Below, piece after piece: positions 48,702 through 58,490 of a stretch of DNA of 64,000 bases. Below the pieces are notes generated by a model. That model ran no database searches. It saw only the letters and a program-made list of their open reading frames with translations, and was not told the DNA's origin. The DNA lies in contig JAULAX010000005.1 of the NCBI GenBank assembly GCA_032654565.1, positions 64,001-128,000 on the forward strand, given 5' to 3'. This DNA is from Anaeromyxobacteraceae bacterium. Lineage in GTDB: Bacteria; Myxococcota; Myxococcia; Myxococcales; Anaeromyxobacteraceae. The position numbers and the translations under genes are program-made. The first letter of the stretch is position 1, and every line of letters starts with the position of its first letter.

Positions 48702-50606
48702 GTGTCGCCGCCCGCTCCGCACCCCGTCTTCGATCCCGCCTCGCTGGTCGGCACGACCCTCGACGGCCAGTACCGGATCGACAGCCACCTCGCCTCCGGC
48801 GGGATGGGGGCGGTCTTCCGCGCCCACCACCTCTCGCTGCGCAAGGACGTGGCGCTCAAGGTGCTGCGGCCCGAGCTCACCTCCTCGCTCGAGCTGCAGG
48901 AGCGCTTCCGGCGCGAGTCGGAGATCGCCGCCTCGCTGGAGCACCGCCACATCGTCCGCGTCACCGACTTCCGCCGCTCCCCCGAGGGGCTGCTCTACCT
49001 GGCCATGGAGCTGCTCGACGGCGAGAGCCTCTTCGACCGGCTGCGCCGCGAGGGCTTCCTGCCCCCCGACGAGGCGGTGCAGATCCTCTGGCAGCTCTGC
49101 GACGGGCTGGAGGCCGCCCACGCCAAGGGGGTGGTCCACCGCGACCTCAAGCCGGAGAACGTCTTCATGGCGCGCGGCCCGGGCGGCGAGGTGGTGAAGA
49201 TCCTCGACTTCGGCATCGCCAAGATGGCCGACCCCGGCCCCGGCGCCTCCACCCAGTCGGGGATGGTGGTGGGCACGCCCGAGTACCTCTCGCCCGAGCA
49301 GGCCACCGGCTCGGCCATCGACGCCCGCGCCGACCTCTACACGGTGGGGCTGATCGGCTGGCGGATGCTCTCCGGCCACCACCCCTTCAAGGCCGAGGAC
49401 GCCCGCGGCCTGCTGATGATGCAGGCCACCCGCCCGGTGCCGCCGCTGGCCGACATCCGCGCCGACTTCGCCGCCTACCCGCTGCTGGCGGCCACCATCG
49501 CCCGCGCCTGCCAGAAGGACCCGGCGGCGCGCTACCAGTCGGCCGCCGAGTTCAAGGCCGATCTCGGCGCCGTGCTCGACCACGGCCTCGGGCTCCTGCC
49601 CACCGCCACCCCGCCGCCCGCGGTCAGCTACACCTCGCTCTCCCCCGAGCCCTCGACCCTCTCGCCGGCGCTGGCGCCGGGCTCCACCATCCAGCTCGGC
49701 GCGCCCTACCTGACCGACCCGGGACGCCCCGCCGAGCCGCTGGTCCCACCGCTCACCCGCCGGGTCGAGGCGCGGCTGCGCCGCCACCCCCGCCTCGCCA
49801 TCGGCCTCGGCCTGCTGCTGGTGCTGCTGGCCGGCGGTGGCGCCCTGGCGGCGGTGCGGGTCCACCGGGCCACGCTGGCCCGCGAGGAGGCGGCCCGGGT
49901 CCAGGCGCTGGCCCAGGCCGAGGCCGACAAGGCCCGCCGCGAGGCGGCGGCGGCCGCCGAGGCGGCGCAGCGGGTGGCGGCCATGCGCCTGCCGGTCGAG
50001 GAGGCGGAGCGGGAGCTGCTGGCCGGCCGCCCGGCCAAGGCCCGGGCGCTGCTCGCCCCCCTTCTCCAGTCGCGCGCCGACGAGCCGGTTCTCCACGAGC
50101 AGCTCGGCCACGCCTGGCATGACGAGGGCCAGTTCACCCACGCCTTCGACGAGTGGACCACGGCGCTGGCCCTGGCCCCGCTCGACCGGCCCACGCTCGA
50201 CCACCTGGTGGCCGACCTCGACCGCGAGAAGTCGGTGGCCGACCGGGCCGCCCACCTGCTGGTCCACGCCGGCCCCGCCGCCGGCCCGGCGCTGGCCGCC
50301 ATCTCGCCCCGCGCCCCGGCCATGGCCAGGCTGCGGGCCCTGGCGGTGGCGAGGGAGATCGGCCCGGCCGCCAAGGTGGACGTCGGGGCCGGCTACCTGG
50401 CCCTGCTCGGCGACGCCGACTGCGAGGTGCGCAAGGCGGCGGCGCGCGCGGTGGCCGAGCTGCACGAGCGGCGGGCCCTGAGCCGACTCCGCCAGCTCTC
50501 CGAGGCGCGCGACACGCGCCGGCTGGGCAGCATCATCATCGGCTCCAAGCCCTCCTGCGGCGCCGTCGAGGCCGCCGAGGCCATCCGGCGGGTCGAGGGG
50601 CGCTAG
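48702..50606 (+). CDS. Hanks-type Ser/Thr kinase with TM and C-terminal TPR/HEAT-like region
   Basis: GGMGAV, VALK, HRDLKPEN, DFG, GTPEYLSPEQ. Confidence 0.93.
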   Translation: MSPPAPHPVFDPASLVGTTLDGQYRIDSHLASGGMGAVFRAHHLSLRKDVALKVLRPELTSSLELQERFRRESEIAASLEHRHIVRVTDFRRSPEGLLYLAMELLDGESLFDRLRREGFLPPDEAVQILWQLCDGLEAAHAKGVVHRDLKPENVFMARGPGGEVVKILDFGIAKMADPGPGASTQSGMVVGTPEYLSPEQATGSAIDARADLYTVGLIGWRMLSGHHPFKAEDARGLLMMQATRPVPPLADIRADFAAYPLLAATIARACQKDPAARYQSAAEFKADLGAVLDHGLGLLPTATPPPAVSYTSLSPEPSTLSPALAPGSTIQLGAPYLTDPGRPAEPLVPPLTRRVEARLRRHPRLAIGLGLLLVLLAGGGALAAVRVHRATLAREEAARVQALAQAEADKARREAAAAAEAAQRVAAMRLPVEEAERELLAGRPAKARALLAPLLQSRADEPVLHEQLGHAWHDEGQFTHAFDEWTTALALAPLDRPTLDHLVADLDREKSVADRAAHLLVHAGPAAGPALAAISPRAPAMARLRALAVAREIGPAAKVDVGAGYLALLGDADCEVRKAAARAVAELHERRALSRLRQLSEARDTRRLGSIIIGSKPSCGAVEAAEAIRRVEGR

Positions 50607-50654
50607 CCCCGCTCGCCACTCCCCGGGGCTCGCCCCGGGATCCGAGGAGCACGC

Positions 50655-52190
50655 ATGGTGAAGCTCGATTCGATCCCGGTGAAGCTGTCCGGCGCCGCGC
50701 CGCACACCCTCCCGGCGGCGGCGCTGGCCCTGCCACTCACCGAGGAGCAGGTGGCCCGGCCCGGCGGCCTGCTGCTGGAGGTCGACCAGGCGCTGGGCGG
50801 CCGGCTCCTGCCGGCCCTGGCCGCGGAGCGCTTCGAGGGGAAGGCCGGCCAGCAGCTGCTCCTGCCCACCCTGGGGCGGGCCCGCGCCGAGCGGGTGGTG
50901 CTGCTCGGCCTCGGCCCGCGGACCCCGTCGGGCGGCGCCGACGACGGCTTCGAGGCGCTGCGGATGGCCGCCGGGAAGGCGGCCCGGGCCGTCCACGCCG
51001 GGCGGCTGGTGCTGGCGCTCCCGGAGGTGGCGGAGCGTCACCTGGCGGCGGCGGCGCGCGCCGCGGTGGAGGGGGCGCTGCTCGGCGCCTATCGCTTCGA
51101 GGCCTACCGGGCCGCGCCCGGGAAGGGGCCGGCCGGGCTGGCCGCGCTCACCCTGGCGGTGCCGGCCGGGGCGGCCCGACGCCGCCCGGTGCTCGACGAG
51201 GTGGCGCTGGCGCGGACCATCGCCCTGGCGGTGGCCGGGGCCCGCGACCTCGTCAACCTCGGGCCGGCCCAGTGCACCCCCCGCCTGCTGGCCGACGCCG
51301 CCGCCCGGGCCGCCAGGGGCTCCGGCCTGGCCTGCCAGGTCCGCGGGGAGCGGCAGATCGCGGCGCTGAAGATGGGGCTCTTCCTCGGCGTCACCCGCGG
51401 CTCGGCCGAGCCGCCGCGGCTGGTGACGCTGGCGTGGCGGCCGCGCGGCGCCGCCGCCAGGGCCCGCCCGGTGGTGCTGGTGGGCAAGGCGGTCACCTTC
51501 GACTCCGGCGGCCTCTCGCTCAAGCCGTCCGAGTCGATGACCACCATGCACACCGACATGGCCGGCAGCGCCGCGGTGATCGCCGCCATGCGGGTGATCG
51601 CCACGCTGCGCCCCGCCTTCCCGGTCATCGGCGTCTTCGGCGCCTGCGAGAACATGCCGGGCGGGCGCGCCTACAAGCCCTCCGACGTGCTCACCGCCTT
51701 CGGCGGCCAGACCGTGGAGATCACCAACACCGACGCCGAGGGGCGGCTGGTGCTGGGCGACGTGCTGGCCTGGTCGGCGCGCAGCTTCAGGCCGGCGGCC
51801 ATGATCGACGTGGCCACGCTCACCGGCGCCTGCATGGTGGCCCTCGGCCCCAGCACCGCCGGCGCCATGGGGCCGGACGGGCCGGTGATCGACGGGCTGC
51901 TGGCGGCGGCGCGGCGGGCCGGCGAGGACACCTGGCGGCTGCCGCTGGTGCCGCTGCTCGAGGAGCAGCTGAAGAGCGAGCGGGCCGACCTGAAGAACGC
52001 CGGCGACCGGCTGGGCGGGGCCATGAGCGCCGCCCTCTTCCTCAAGCGCTTCGTGGGCCAGGTGCCCTGGGCCCACCTCGACATCGCCGGGCCGTCGCAC
52101 ACCGTGAAGGAGCGCGGCTACCTGGCCGCCGGCGGCACCGGCTTCGCGGTCCGCACCCTGGTGGAGTTCGTGCGCGGGTGGGCGGGCTGA
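50655..52190 (+). CDS. pepA: Leucyl aminopeptidase (M17)
   Basis: VGKAVTFDSGG, NTDAEGRL, ATLTGA, AHLDIAG. Confidence 0.93.
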   Translation: MVKLDSIPVKLSGAAPHTLPAAALALPLTEEQVARPGGLLLEVDQALGGRLLPALAAERFEGKAGQQLLLPTLGRARAERVVLLGLGPRTPSGGADDGFEALRMAAGKAARAVHAGRLVLALPEVAERHLAAAARAAVEGALLGAYRFEAYRAAPGKGPAGLAALTLAVPAGAARRRPVLDEVALARTIALAVAGARDLVNLGPAQCTPRLLADAAARAARGSGLACQVRGERQIAALKMGLFLGVTRGSAEPPRLVTLAWRPRGAAARARPVVLVGKAVTFDSGGLSLKPSESMTTMHTDMAGSAAVIAAMRVIATLRPAFPVIGVFGACENMPGGRAYKPSDVLTAFGGQTVEITNTDAEGRLVLGDVLAWSARSFRPAAMIDVATLTGACMVALGPSTAGAMGPDGPVIDGLLAAARRAGEDTWRLPLVPLLEEQLKSERADLKNAGDRLGGAMSAALFLKRFVGQVPWAHLDIAGPSHTVKERGYLAAGGTGFAVRTLVEFVRGWAG

Positions 52191-52203
52191 TGCGAGGCGC
52201 GCC

Positions 52204-53310
52204 GTGACCCTGGTCGACGAGCTGGCGATCCTGCTCCGCCCCCCCGGCGCCGGCATCCACCTGGTCTCCACCGGCCGCGACGCCCAGGCGGCGCTGGCGC
52301 GGCGCCTGGCCGGGGCGGCCACCGACGCCGAGCTCGAGGCCCGGTGGCGCGGCCAGCTGGGACGCGCCGCCTCGGCGCGCGCCGTGCTGCTCGGCATCCC
52401 CTGCGACGTCGGCGCCGGCTTCCGGCGCGGCGCCAACCTGGCCCCGGCCGCCATCCGCGCCCACCTGCTGGAGCAGGACCCCGGCTGGTTCGAGCGGGCC
52501 CGCGCCGCCGGGCTGGTCGATCTCGGCGACGTCTTCACCGTCCCCCAGCTGCTCCACGACGAGATGCTCTCGGCGTCACAGCTGGCCGCCTCCCGCCGGG
52601 CCCTCTACCCCGGCGTGGCCATCGCCGACGCGCTCCCGGTGTCGCCGCTCTCCATCGCCGAGCGGGTCTTCCGCCAGCTGCTCCGCGCCAGCCCGGGGGT
52701 CCGCCTGCTCACCCTGGGCGGCGACCACTCGGCGGCCTGGCCGGCGGTGGCGGCGCTGGCGGCGGCGCGGCCCGGGCTGGGCGTGGTGCAGCTCGACGCC
52801 CACACCGACCTGCTGCCGGAGCGGCTCGGGGTCCGGCTCTGCTTCGGCACCTGGTCCTTCCACGCCAACGAGCTGCTGGGCCGGGGCGGCCGGCTGGTGC
52901 AGGTGGGGCTGCGCGCCAGCCGCCACGACCGCGGCCACTGGGAGGCCCGCCTCGACGTCCGCCAGGTCTGGGCCGCCGAGGTCCGGCGCGACCCGCGGGC
53001 GGCGCTGGAGCGGGTGGTCTCGCTCTGCCGCGCCGCCGGCGTCACCTCGGTCTACCTCTCCAACGACATCGACGGGCTCGACCCGGCCTTCGCCCCCGGC
53101 ACCGGCACGCCGGAGCCGGACGGCCTCTCCCTGGAGTTCGTGCTGGCGCTGGTGGAGCGGCTGGGGCGCGAGTTCGAGCTGTGCGGCGGGGATGTCATGG
53201 AGGTGGCGCCCGACCTGGCGCCCACCCCGGAGGGGCGGCGGCGCACCCTCGACACGGCGGTGCAGTGCCTCCGGCTCACCGTCGCGGCGGCGCTCGGCAC
53301 CACGCCCTGA
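52204..53310 (+). CDS. Arginase/agmatinase-family ureohydrolase
   Basis: GGDHS, DAHTD, SNDIDGLDP..APGTGTP. Confidence 0.9.
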   Translation: MTLVDELAILLRPPGAGIHLVSTGRDAQAALARRLAGAATDAELEARWRGQLGRAASARAVLLGIPCDVGAGFRRGANLAPAAIRAHLLEQDPGWFERARAAGLVDLGDVFTVPQLLHDEMLSASQLAASRRALYPGVAIADALPVSPLSIAERVFRQLLRASPGVRLLTLGGDHSAAWPAVAALAAARPGLGVVQLDAHTDLLPERLGVRLCFGTWSFHANELLGRGGRLVQVGLRASRHDRGHWEARLDVRQVWAAEVRRDPRAALERVVSLCRAAGVTSVYLSNDIDGLDPAFAPGTGTPEPDGLSLEFVLALVERLGREFELCGGDVMEVAPDLAPTPEGRRRTLDTAVQCLRLTVAAALGTTP

Positions 53311-53346
53311 CCCCGGGCCAACGCCCGGCGAGCCCGGGGTCCGGCC

Positions 53347-54312
53347 TCACCGGCACCGCCCGGCCTGGAGGTCGGCCAGGGCGTGGACGCTGAACGAGTC
53401 GTCGGGGCGCGCCGAGCCCCGCAGCCCCCGCGCCACCTCCGGCAGCAGGTCGCAGCCGAGGCCGGGGTTCTGCAGCAGCCCCTGGATGACGTTGACGTCG
53501 GTGCTCCGGGCCAGGGCCTGCAGCACGTCCGGGGGGGTGGCGGGATTCCTCGCCAGCCAGTGGTCGAGCCCGGTGATGCGGCGGGGGTTCATGGCGTGGA
53601 GCTGGCGCAGCAGCTCCGGGGGCGTGTGCGGGTGGGCCGCCAGCGCCTGGGAGAAGTAGTCGGGGTTGGCGTGGGTCCGGTGGATCCGGGCCAGGGTGTC
53701 GGCGCGGCAGCCGGGGTTCCTCAGCGCCGTCAGCGTCAGGCTGAGCTCGTCGGGGCGGGCGTGGCGATCCAGGTCCTCGGGGGAGGCGAAGGGGCTGGTC
53801 AGCGCCGCCAGGAGGAACTCGCCGTCGCCGGCGCGCTCGGCGATCAGCGCCGAGAGGGCGGCGGTCTCCTCACCGGGGCGGCGCGCCAGCCGCTCGGCGA
53901 TCAGCGCCTTGCTCCGGTCGATGGCGAGCGAGCGCGCCCGCTGCAGGGCGTCGCGCTCCCGGTTGTGGGAGATGGTCCTGCGCCCGGCGTCCAGCTCCCA
54001 GGCGACGACCGCGAGGGCGCTCGCCAGGCAGACCCAGCCGGCGAGCCGCGCCGTGCGATCGTCGGAGCGCTGCAGGTTCCTCGACACCCAGCCGAGGAAG
54101 CCGGCGACCGCGGCCACCACGGGGAGGAAGAGCAGGCCGATGCCGGCGGTGGACGAGCGGGACTGGAAGATGGCCCAGGCCCCGGCGGCGAGCGCCGCCG
54201 CGAACAGCAGCAGGCTCAGCCACACGCCGCGGCGCCTCCCCCGGGCGAAGAGGACCGCCAGCACCACCAGCCAGGCGGCCGGGACCGCCGCGACGATCAG
54301 CACGAACCCCAC
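53347..54312 (-). CDS. Membrane protein with C-terminal leucine-rich-variant (A.NP.TP) repeats
   Basis: 4 TM, then ALRNPGC, AAHPHTPP, ARNPATPP, LQNP; TAAGGAG RBS. Confidence 0.75.
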   Translation of the reverse strand: MGFVLIVAAVPAAWLVVLAVLFARGRRRGVWLSLLLFAAALAAGAWAIFQSRSSTAGIGLLFLPVVAAVAGFLGWVSRNLQRSDDRTARLAGWVCLASALAVVAWELDAGRRTISHNRERDALQRARSLAIDRSKALIAERLARRPGEETAALSALIAERAGDGEFLLAALTSPFASPEDLDRHARPDELSLTLTALRNPGCRADTLARIHRTHANPDYFSQALAAHPHTPPELLRQLHAMNPRRITGLDHWLARNPATPPDVLQALARSTDVNVIQGLLQNPGLGCDLLPEVARGLRGSARPDDSFSVHALADLQAGRCR

Positions 54313-54326
54313 GCGGTACTCCTTAC

Positions 54327-54360
54327 AACACGAAGCCCCGGAGCCGTGAGGCCCCGGGGC
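54327..54360 (-). terminator. Probable intrinsic terminator
   Basis: GCCCCGGGGCC-TCAC-GGCTCCGGGGC hairpin followed by TTCGTGTT. Confidence 0.55.
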
Positions 54361-54393
54361 TGGGTGGCCGGACTTCGGCCGACTCGAGTCGAG

Positions 54394-54717
54394 CTAGGCC
54401 TTGGAGGCGGCGGCCTTCTTGGCCGGGGCCACCTGGCCGGTCAGCGCGCCGACGGCCGCGCCGGCGACGGCGCCGAGGACGGCGAAGAGCGAGGCGATGC
54501 CGGTGACGCCGAGCACCATGCCGAAGATGATCAGGCCGCGCACCAGGAAGGTGGGCTGGACCGGGGTGCCGACGATGCCGCCGGCGAGGAGCAGGCCGGC
54601 GTAGCCGCCGTAGAGGATGGCCGGGAGCAGCGCCACCGCGAGGAAGAGGGCGAGGCCGATGCCGGCGCCGACCAGGGTGAAGAGCTTGTTCTGGGCCTTC
54701 GGAGTGTTGACGGTCAT
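54394..54717 (-). CDS. Small Gly-rich membrane protein (107 aa)
   Basis: GGAGA RBS, hydrophobic Gly-rich helices, own promoter and terminator. Confidence 0.85.
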   Translation of the reverse strand: MTVNTPKAQNKLFTLVGAGIGLALFLAVALLPAILYGGYAGLLLAGGIVGTPVQPTFLVRGLIIFGMVLGVTGIASLFAVLGAVAGAAVGALTGQVAPAKKAAASKA

Positions 54718-54773
54718 GGTGTTCTCCAGTTCGAGTTCGGCGCCGTGTGTTCGGCCACCCGGGAGCTACCAGG

Positions 54774-54789
54774 TGCAGCGACCTTGCCA
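54774..54789 (-). promoter_or_regulatory. sigma54 -24/-12 promoter
   Basis: TGGCAAGGTCGCTGCA = GG-N10-GC; upstream palindrome CGTCGGG-AATC-CCCGACG (54830-47). Confidence 0.7.
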
Positions 54790-54896
54790 AGACCGGCCCC
54801 GCCTGATTCCGGGGGGTTGGCGGCCCCGGCGTCGGGAATCCCCGACGGGAGGCCGGGTTGGCCCGACGGCCGGCTCCCTGCTACCCTCCCGGGCCC

Positions 54897-55943
54897 GTGG
54901 ACGCCTTCAAGCCGCACCTCGCCGACGTCGCCGAGTACCCGTATGCGAAGGTCGACGCCCGCATCAAGCTCGACCAGAACGAGAGCCCGGACGACCTGCC
55001 GCCGGAGCAGAAGGCGCTGGCGCTGGCCCGGCTGGCGGCGCTCCCCTGGAACCGCTACCCGGAGCTGCACGCCGAGGACGTCCGCGCCGCGCTGGCCCGC
55101 CACGAGGACTGGCCCGAGGCCGGCGTGGTGCTGGCCCCGGGCTCCAACCTGCTGATCCTGGCGCTGGCCTCGGCGGCCCGCCAGGTGCTCGACACCTCGC
55201 CGGCCTTCCCCTACTACAAGGGGGCGGCGGTCGCCTCGGGCACGCCGTACCGTGCCGTCCCGCTCGGCCCCGGCTTCACGCTGCCGCTCGAAGGGCTGCT
55301 GGCCGCCATGACCGGCCCGCCCGGCCTCCTCTTCCTTCCGGTGCCCCACGCCCCCACCGGCGCCCTCTTCACCACCGGTGACGTGGCGGCGCTGGCCGAG
55401 CGGGCCCGGGCCACCGGCTGGCTGCTGGTGGTCGACGAGGCCTACCAGGCCTTCGCCGGCACCGACGCCCGGCCGCTGGCCCGGCAGAACCCCAGCGTGG
55501 CCATCCTGCGCACCTTCTCCAAGGCCTGGTCGCTGGGCGGGGTCCGCACCGGCTACCTGCTCGGCTCGCCGCGGGTGGCCGCGGTGGCCCGGGCCATGAT
55601 CCCCCCCTTCTGCATCCCGGCCACCACCGGCGTCATCCTGCAGGCGGCGCTGGAGCGGCCCGGCTACGTGGCCGCCCTGGTGGAGCGGATCCGCGGCGAG
55701 CGGGCGCGGCTCTCGGCCGGGCTGGCCGCGGCGCAGCCGCGCTGGACGGTCTACCCCTCGGCCGCCAACTACCTGCTGGTGCGGACCCCCGACGCCAGGG
55801 CGGCCTTCGACCACCTGCTCGCGCGCGGCCTGCTGGTGCGGCGCCAGGACCACTACCCCGGCCTGGAGGGCTGCCTCCGCATCTCGGTGGGCACGGCCGC
55901 CGAGAACGACGCGCTGCTGGCGGCGGCGCGCGAGGCGCCGTGA
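54897..55943 (+). CDS. hisC: Histidinol-phosphate aminotransferase-like PLP enzyme
   Basis: KLDQNES, VDEAY, LRTFSKAWSLGGVRTG, LRISVG. Confidence 0.85.
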   Translation: MDAFKPHLADVAEYPYAKVDARIKLDQNESPDDLPPEQKALALARLAALPWNRYPELHAEDVRAALARHEDWPEAGVVLAPGSNLLILALASAARQVLDTSPAFPYYKGAAVASGTPYRAVPLGPGFTLPLEGLLAAMTGPPGLLFLPVPHAPTGALFTTGDVAALAERARATGWLLVVDEAYQAFAGTDARPLARQNPSVAILRTFSKAWSLGGVRTGYLLGSPRVAAVARAMIPPFCIPATTGVILQAALERPGYVAALVERIRGERARLSAGLAAAQPRWTVYPSAANYLLVRTPDARAAFDHLLARGLLVRRQDHYPGLEGCLRISVGTAAENDALLAAAREAP

Positions 55944-55980
55944 GCGCCCCGCTTCCGGCGGCGACCCGACGGCGGACGCC

Positions 55981-56598
55981 GTGACCGCGACGCCGGCCCC
56001 GGGGACCGTCCGCCACTCCTGGTTCGAGGACGCCCAGGCCCTCTTCACCGCCTCGCTCTTCATCTCGCTCGGCTACGGCCTGCTCTCGCAGGCCCACCTG
56101 CTCTCCGGCGGCACCGCCGGGGTGGCGCTGCTGCTCACCCGGCTCACCCCCTTCAGCTTCGGCCAGCTCTTCGTGGCCCTCAACCTCCCCTTCTTCTGGC
56201 TGGCGGTCCGCCAGATGGGCTGGGCCTTCACGGTGAAGACCTTCGTGGCCATCGGCGCCGTCTCGCTCTGCGCCGACCAGCTCCACCACGTGCTGGCCTT
56301 CGACCGGGTCGAGCCGCTCTACGCCGCGGTCATGGGCGGCTCCTGCATCGGCATCGGCCTGCTCATCCTCTTCCGCCACCAGGCCTGCCTGGGCGGCCTG
56401 AACGTGCTGGCCATCTGGTTGCAGGAGCGGCGCGGGGTGCGGGCCGGCGTCTTCCAGCTGGTGGTCGACGCCCTGGTGGTGGTGGCCTCGCTGCTGGTGG
56501 TGCCGCCGCGCACCATCCTGCTCTCGGTGATCGGCTCGGTGGCGCTCAACATGGTGCTGGCGGTGAACCACCGCCCCGGGCGCTACCTGGGGACGTGA
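55981..56598 (+). CDS. YitT-family membrane protein
   Basis: GGTAGVALL, NLPF, LFRHQACLGG, NHRPGRY. Confidence 0.88.
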   Translation: MTATPAPGTVRHSWFEDAQALFTASLFISLGYGLLSQAHLLSGGTAGVALLLTRLTPFSFGQLFVALNLPFFWLAVRQMGWAFTVKTFVAIGAVSLCADQLHHVLAFDRVEPLYAAVMGGSCIGIGLLILFRHQACLGGLNVLAIWLQERRGVRAGVFQLVVDALVVVASLLVVPPRTILLSVIGSVALNMVLAVNHRPGRYLGT

Positions 56599-56635
56599 GC
56601 GGCGGCCGCGCCCGCGGCCAGTCTCGCCGCCGCCC

Positions 56636-57166
56636 TCAGCCGGCCAGCCGCCGCCACTCGCCCACCGCCCGGAGCGCCAGCCAGGCGCCGAAGAGCGCGG
56701 CCACGCCCCCCTGCAGCAGGGCCCGGCCCGACCCGGCCTCCATGGCCTCGAGCCCGGCCAGCCCGACCGGCAGCCCGGCGGCCGCCACCGCGGCGAAGGC
56801 CACCGCCGCCACGGTGAGCAGCACCGCCTCCGCCGCGTCCTCGTGGCGCCCCCGCGGCACGCTGACGAAGCGCTCCAGCACGAAGAGCGCCGCCCCGCCG
56901 GCCAGCACCATCACCAGCCCGAACTGGACCAGCTCGCCGAAGGCGTCCTCCACCAGCGCCCCGGCGCAGGTGGCCTGGCGGCGGTGGAGCCGGGTCAGCT
57001 CGGCGCAGCGCTGCACCGAGAGCTCGCCGACGTGGGCCCGGCCGTCCCCGGTGAAGTAGTCCATCCCGGTCCTCCAGCTGAGCGGCTCGGCCAGCAGGCC
57101 GGAGAGCCCGGCGGCCAGCACCGCCAGTGCGCCGAGGCGCAGGAGGTGGACCAGGAGGAAGCGCAT
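56636..57166 (-). CDS. Hypothetical membrane protein
   Basis: 4 hydrophobic segments, RBS-like GGAGAGG. Confidence 0.65.
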   Translation of the reverse strand: MRFLLVHLLRLGALAVLAAGLSGLLAEPLSWRTGMDYFTGDGRAHVGELSVQRCAELTRLHRRQATCAGALVEDAFGELVQFGLVMVLAGGAALFVLERFVSVPRGRHEDAAEAVLLTVAAVAFAAVAAAGLPVGLAGLEAMEAGSGRALLQGGVAALFGAWLALRAVGEWRRLAG

Positions 57167-57214
57167 GGCCTCTCCATCCCTCGCGGATGGGCAGGCGTCA
57201 AGGTGCCCAGGACC

Positions 57215-57562
57215 TCAGCTGCACTTCCAGAGGATCTTGGTGCAGGCCGCCGCCCTGGCGGCGTTGTAGTAGGAGGTGCAGGTGGCCGAGCTGCTGCCGC
57301 TGTAGATGAAGGTGGCGCCGCCGGCGCAGCCGCTGCCGTTGACGTAGAAGGACGAGCCCCCTCCCCCGCCGCCGGTGCAGCATTGCACGCCGTCCTTCGA
57401 GGCCGAGCAGGTGCCGCCGCTGTTGCAGGAGTACGGGGCGTCGCAGGAGTAGCAGCTCCCGCTGTTGCCGCGACAGCTCTCGCCCTGGCTGCACTTCGGC
57501 TCGGCCAGGCCGCAGGCCGAGAGACCCAGCACCACCACCACGGCCGCGATCAATCTGCCCAC
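57215..57562 (-). CDS. Small cysteine-rich lipoprotein
   Basis: GAGGAGG RBS, GTG 57562, lipobox LSAC, 12 further Cys. Confidence 0.8.
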   Translation of the reverse strand: MGRLIAAVVVVLGLSACGLAEPKCSQGESCRGNSGSCYSCDAPYSCNSGGTCSASKDGVQCCTGGGGGGSSFYVNGSGCAGGATFIYSGSSSATCTSYYNAARAAACTKILWKCS

Positions 57563-57872
57563 GTGATCCTCCTCGCGCTGCAGGCCCCTCCTCCACGGAC
57601 GGTCAAGGCCCGGCACCGACACGGAGGACGCTGCCATGGTCGACCCGGGGGCCGCAAGCGTAGGAATTTGCCTACCGGCGGGGCGTTGGTGCGCGGGGAG
57701 CGCCAGGCGGGTCGCCGTGTCCTGTGAACGTGGGGCAGGCTTCGCGCCCCCGGCCGCACCTGCTCACGGAGGAGACCTGCCGGCCCCACCGCGTCACGGG
57801 CAGGGCGGCCCGGGCCTCCCGACCCTCACCCGGATCCCCTGCGAGGCGCCGCGCCGGCGTACACTCCACCCC

Positions 57873-58490
57873 ATGCGCCGCCTCCTCTCGCTGCTCGCGG
57901 TGGGCCTCGGCCTCGGCCTCGGGCTCTTCCTGGCCTGGCGGCTGCTGGCCCCGCGCCCGGCCCCGCCGCCGGATCCACCGGCGCTGGTCGAGAAGATCCG
58001 GCAGGTGGCCCGGCTGGAGGTGCTGGAGGTCCGGCTCTACAAGAAGGTCACCTTCGCCCCGGAGCCGCAGCCGGCCGACTCGATCTGGGGCGACCTGGCC
58101 GGCTGGGCCCGCCACGCGCTGGCGCGTCCGCGCGCCAAGGCCATCGTCTTCGCCGTGGCCCACGTCGGGCTCGACGTCTCGAAGCTGGGGCCGGAGCAGC
58201 TGGAGGTCCGCGACCGGGTGGTGTCGCTGGTGCTCCCGCCGCTGGTCACCCGCGTCGAGCTGCTCCCCGGCGAGACCGAGGTGATCGGCTCCAACCTCGA
58301 CTCGGCCGACACCGCCCGGCTGCTGGAGCTGGCCAAGGTGGCCTTCGAGCGCGAGGTGCAGGCCGACCGCGGGCTGCAGGGCAAGGCCCGGGCCGCCGCC
58401 GAGCAGGCGCTCACCGCCCTGCTGCTGCAGGTGGGCCTGGTCCGGGTGGAGTTCGTGGAGACGCTGCCTGGCCGGGGACCGAGGTCGTGA
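57873..58490 (+). CDS. DUF4230-like membrane-anchored protein
   Basis: N-terminal TM, VEKIRQVARLE, GLDVSKL, KARAAAEQAL. Confidence 0.75.
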   Translation: MRRLLSLLAVGLGLGLGLFLAWRLLAPRPAPPPDPPALVEKIRQVARLEVLEVRLYKKVTFAPEPQPADSIWGDLAGWARHALARPRAKAIVFAVAHVGLDVSKLGPEQLEVRDRVVSLVLPPLVTRVELLPGETEVIGSNLDSADTARLLELAKVAFEREVQADRGLQGKARAAAEQALTALLLQVGLVRVEFVETLPGRGPRS

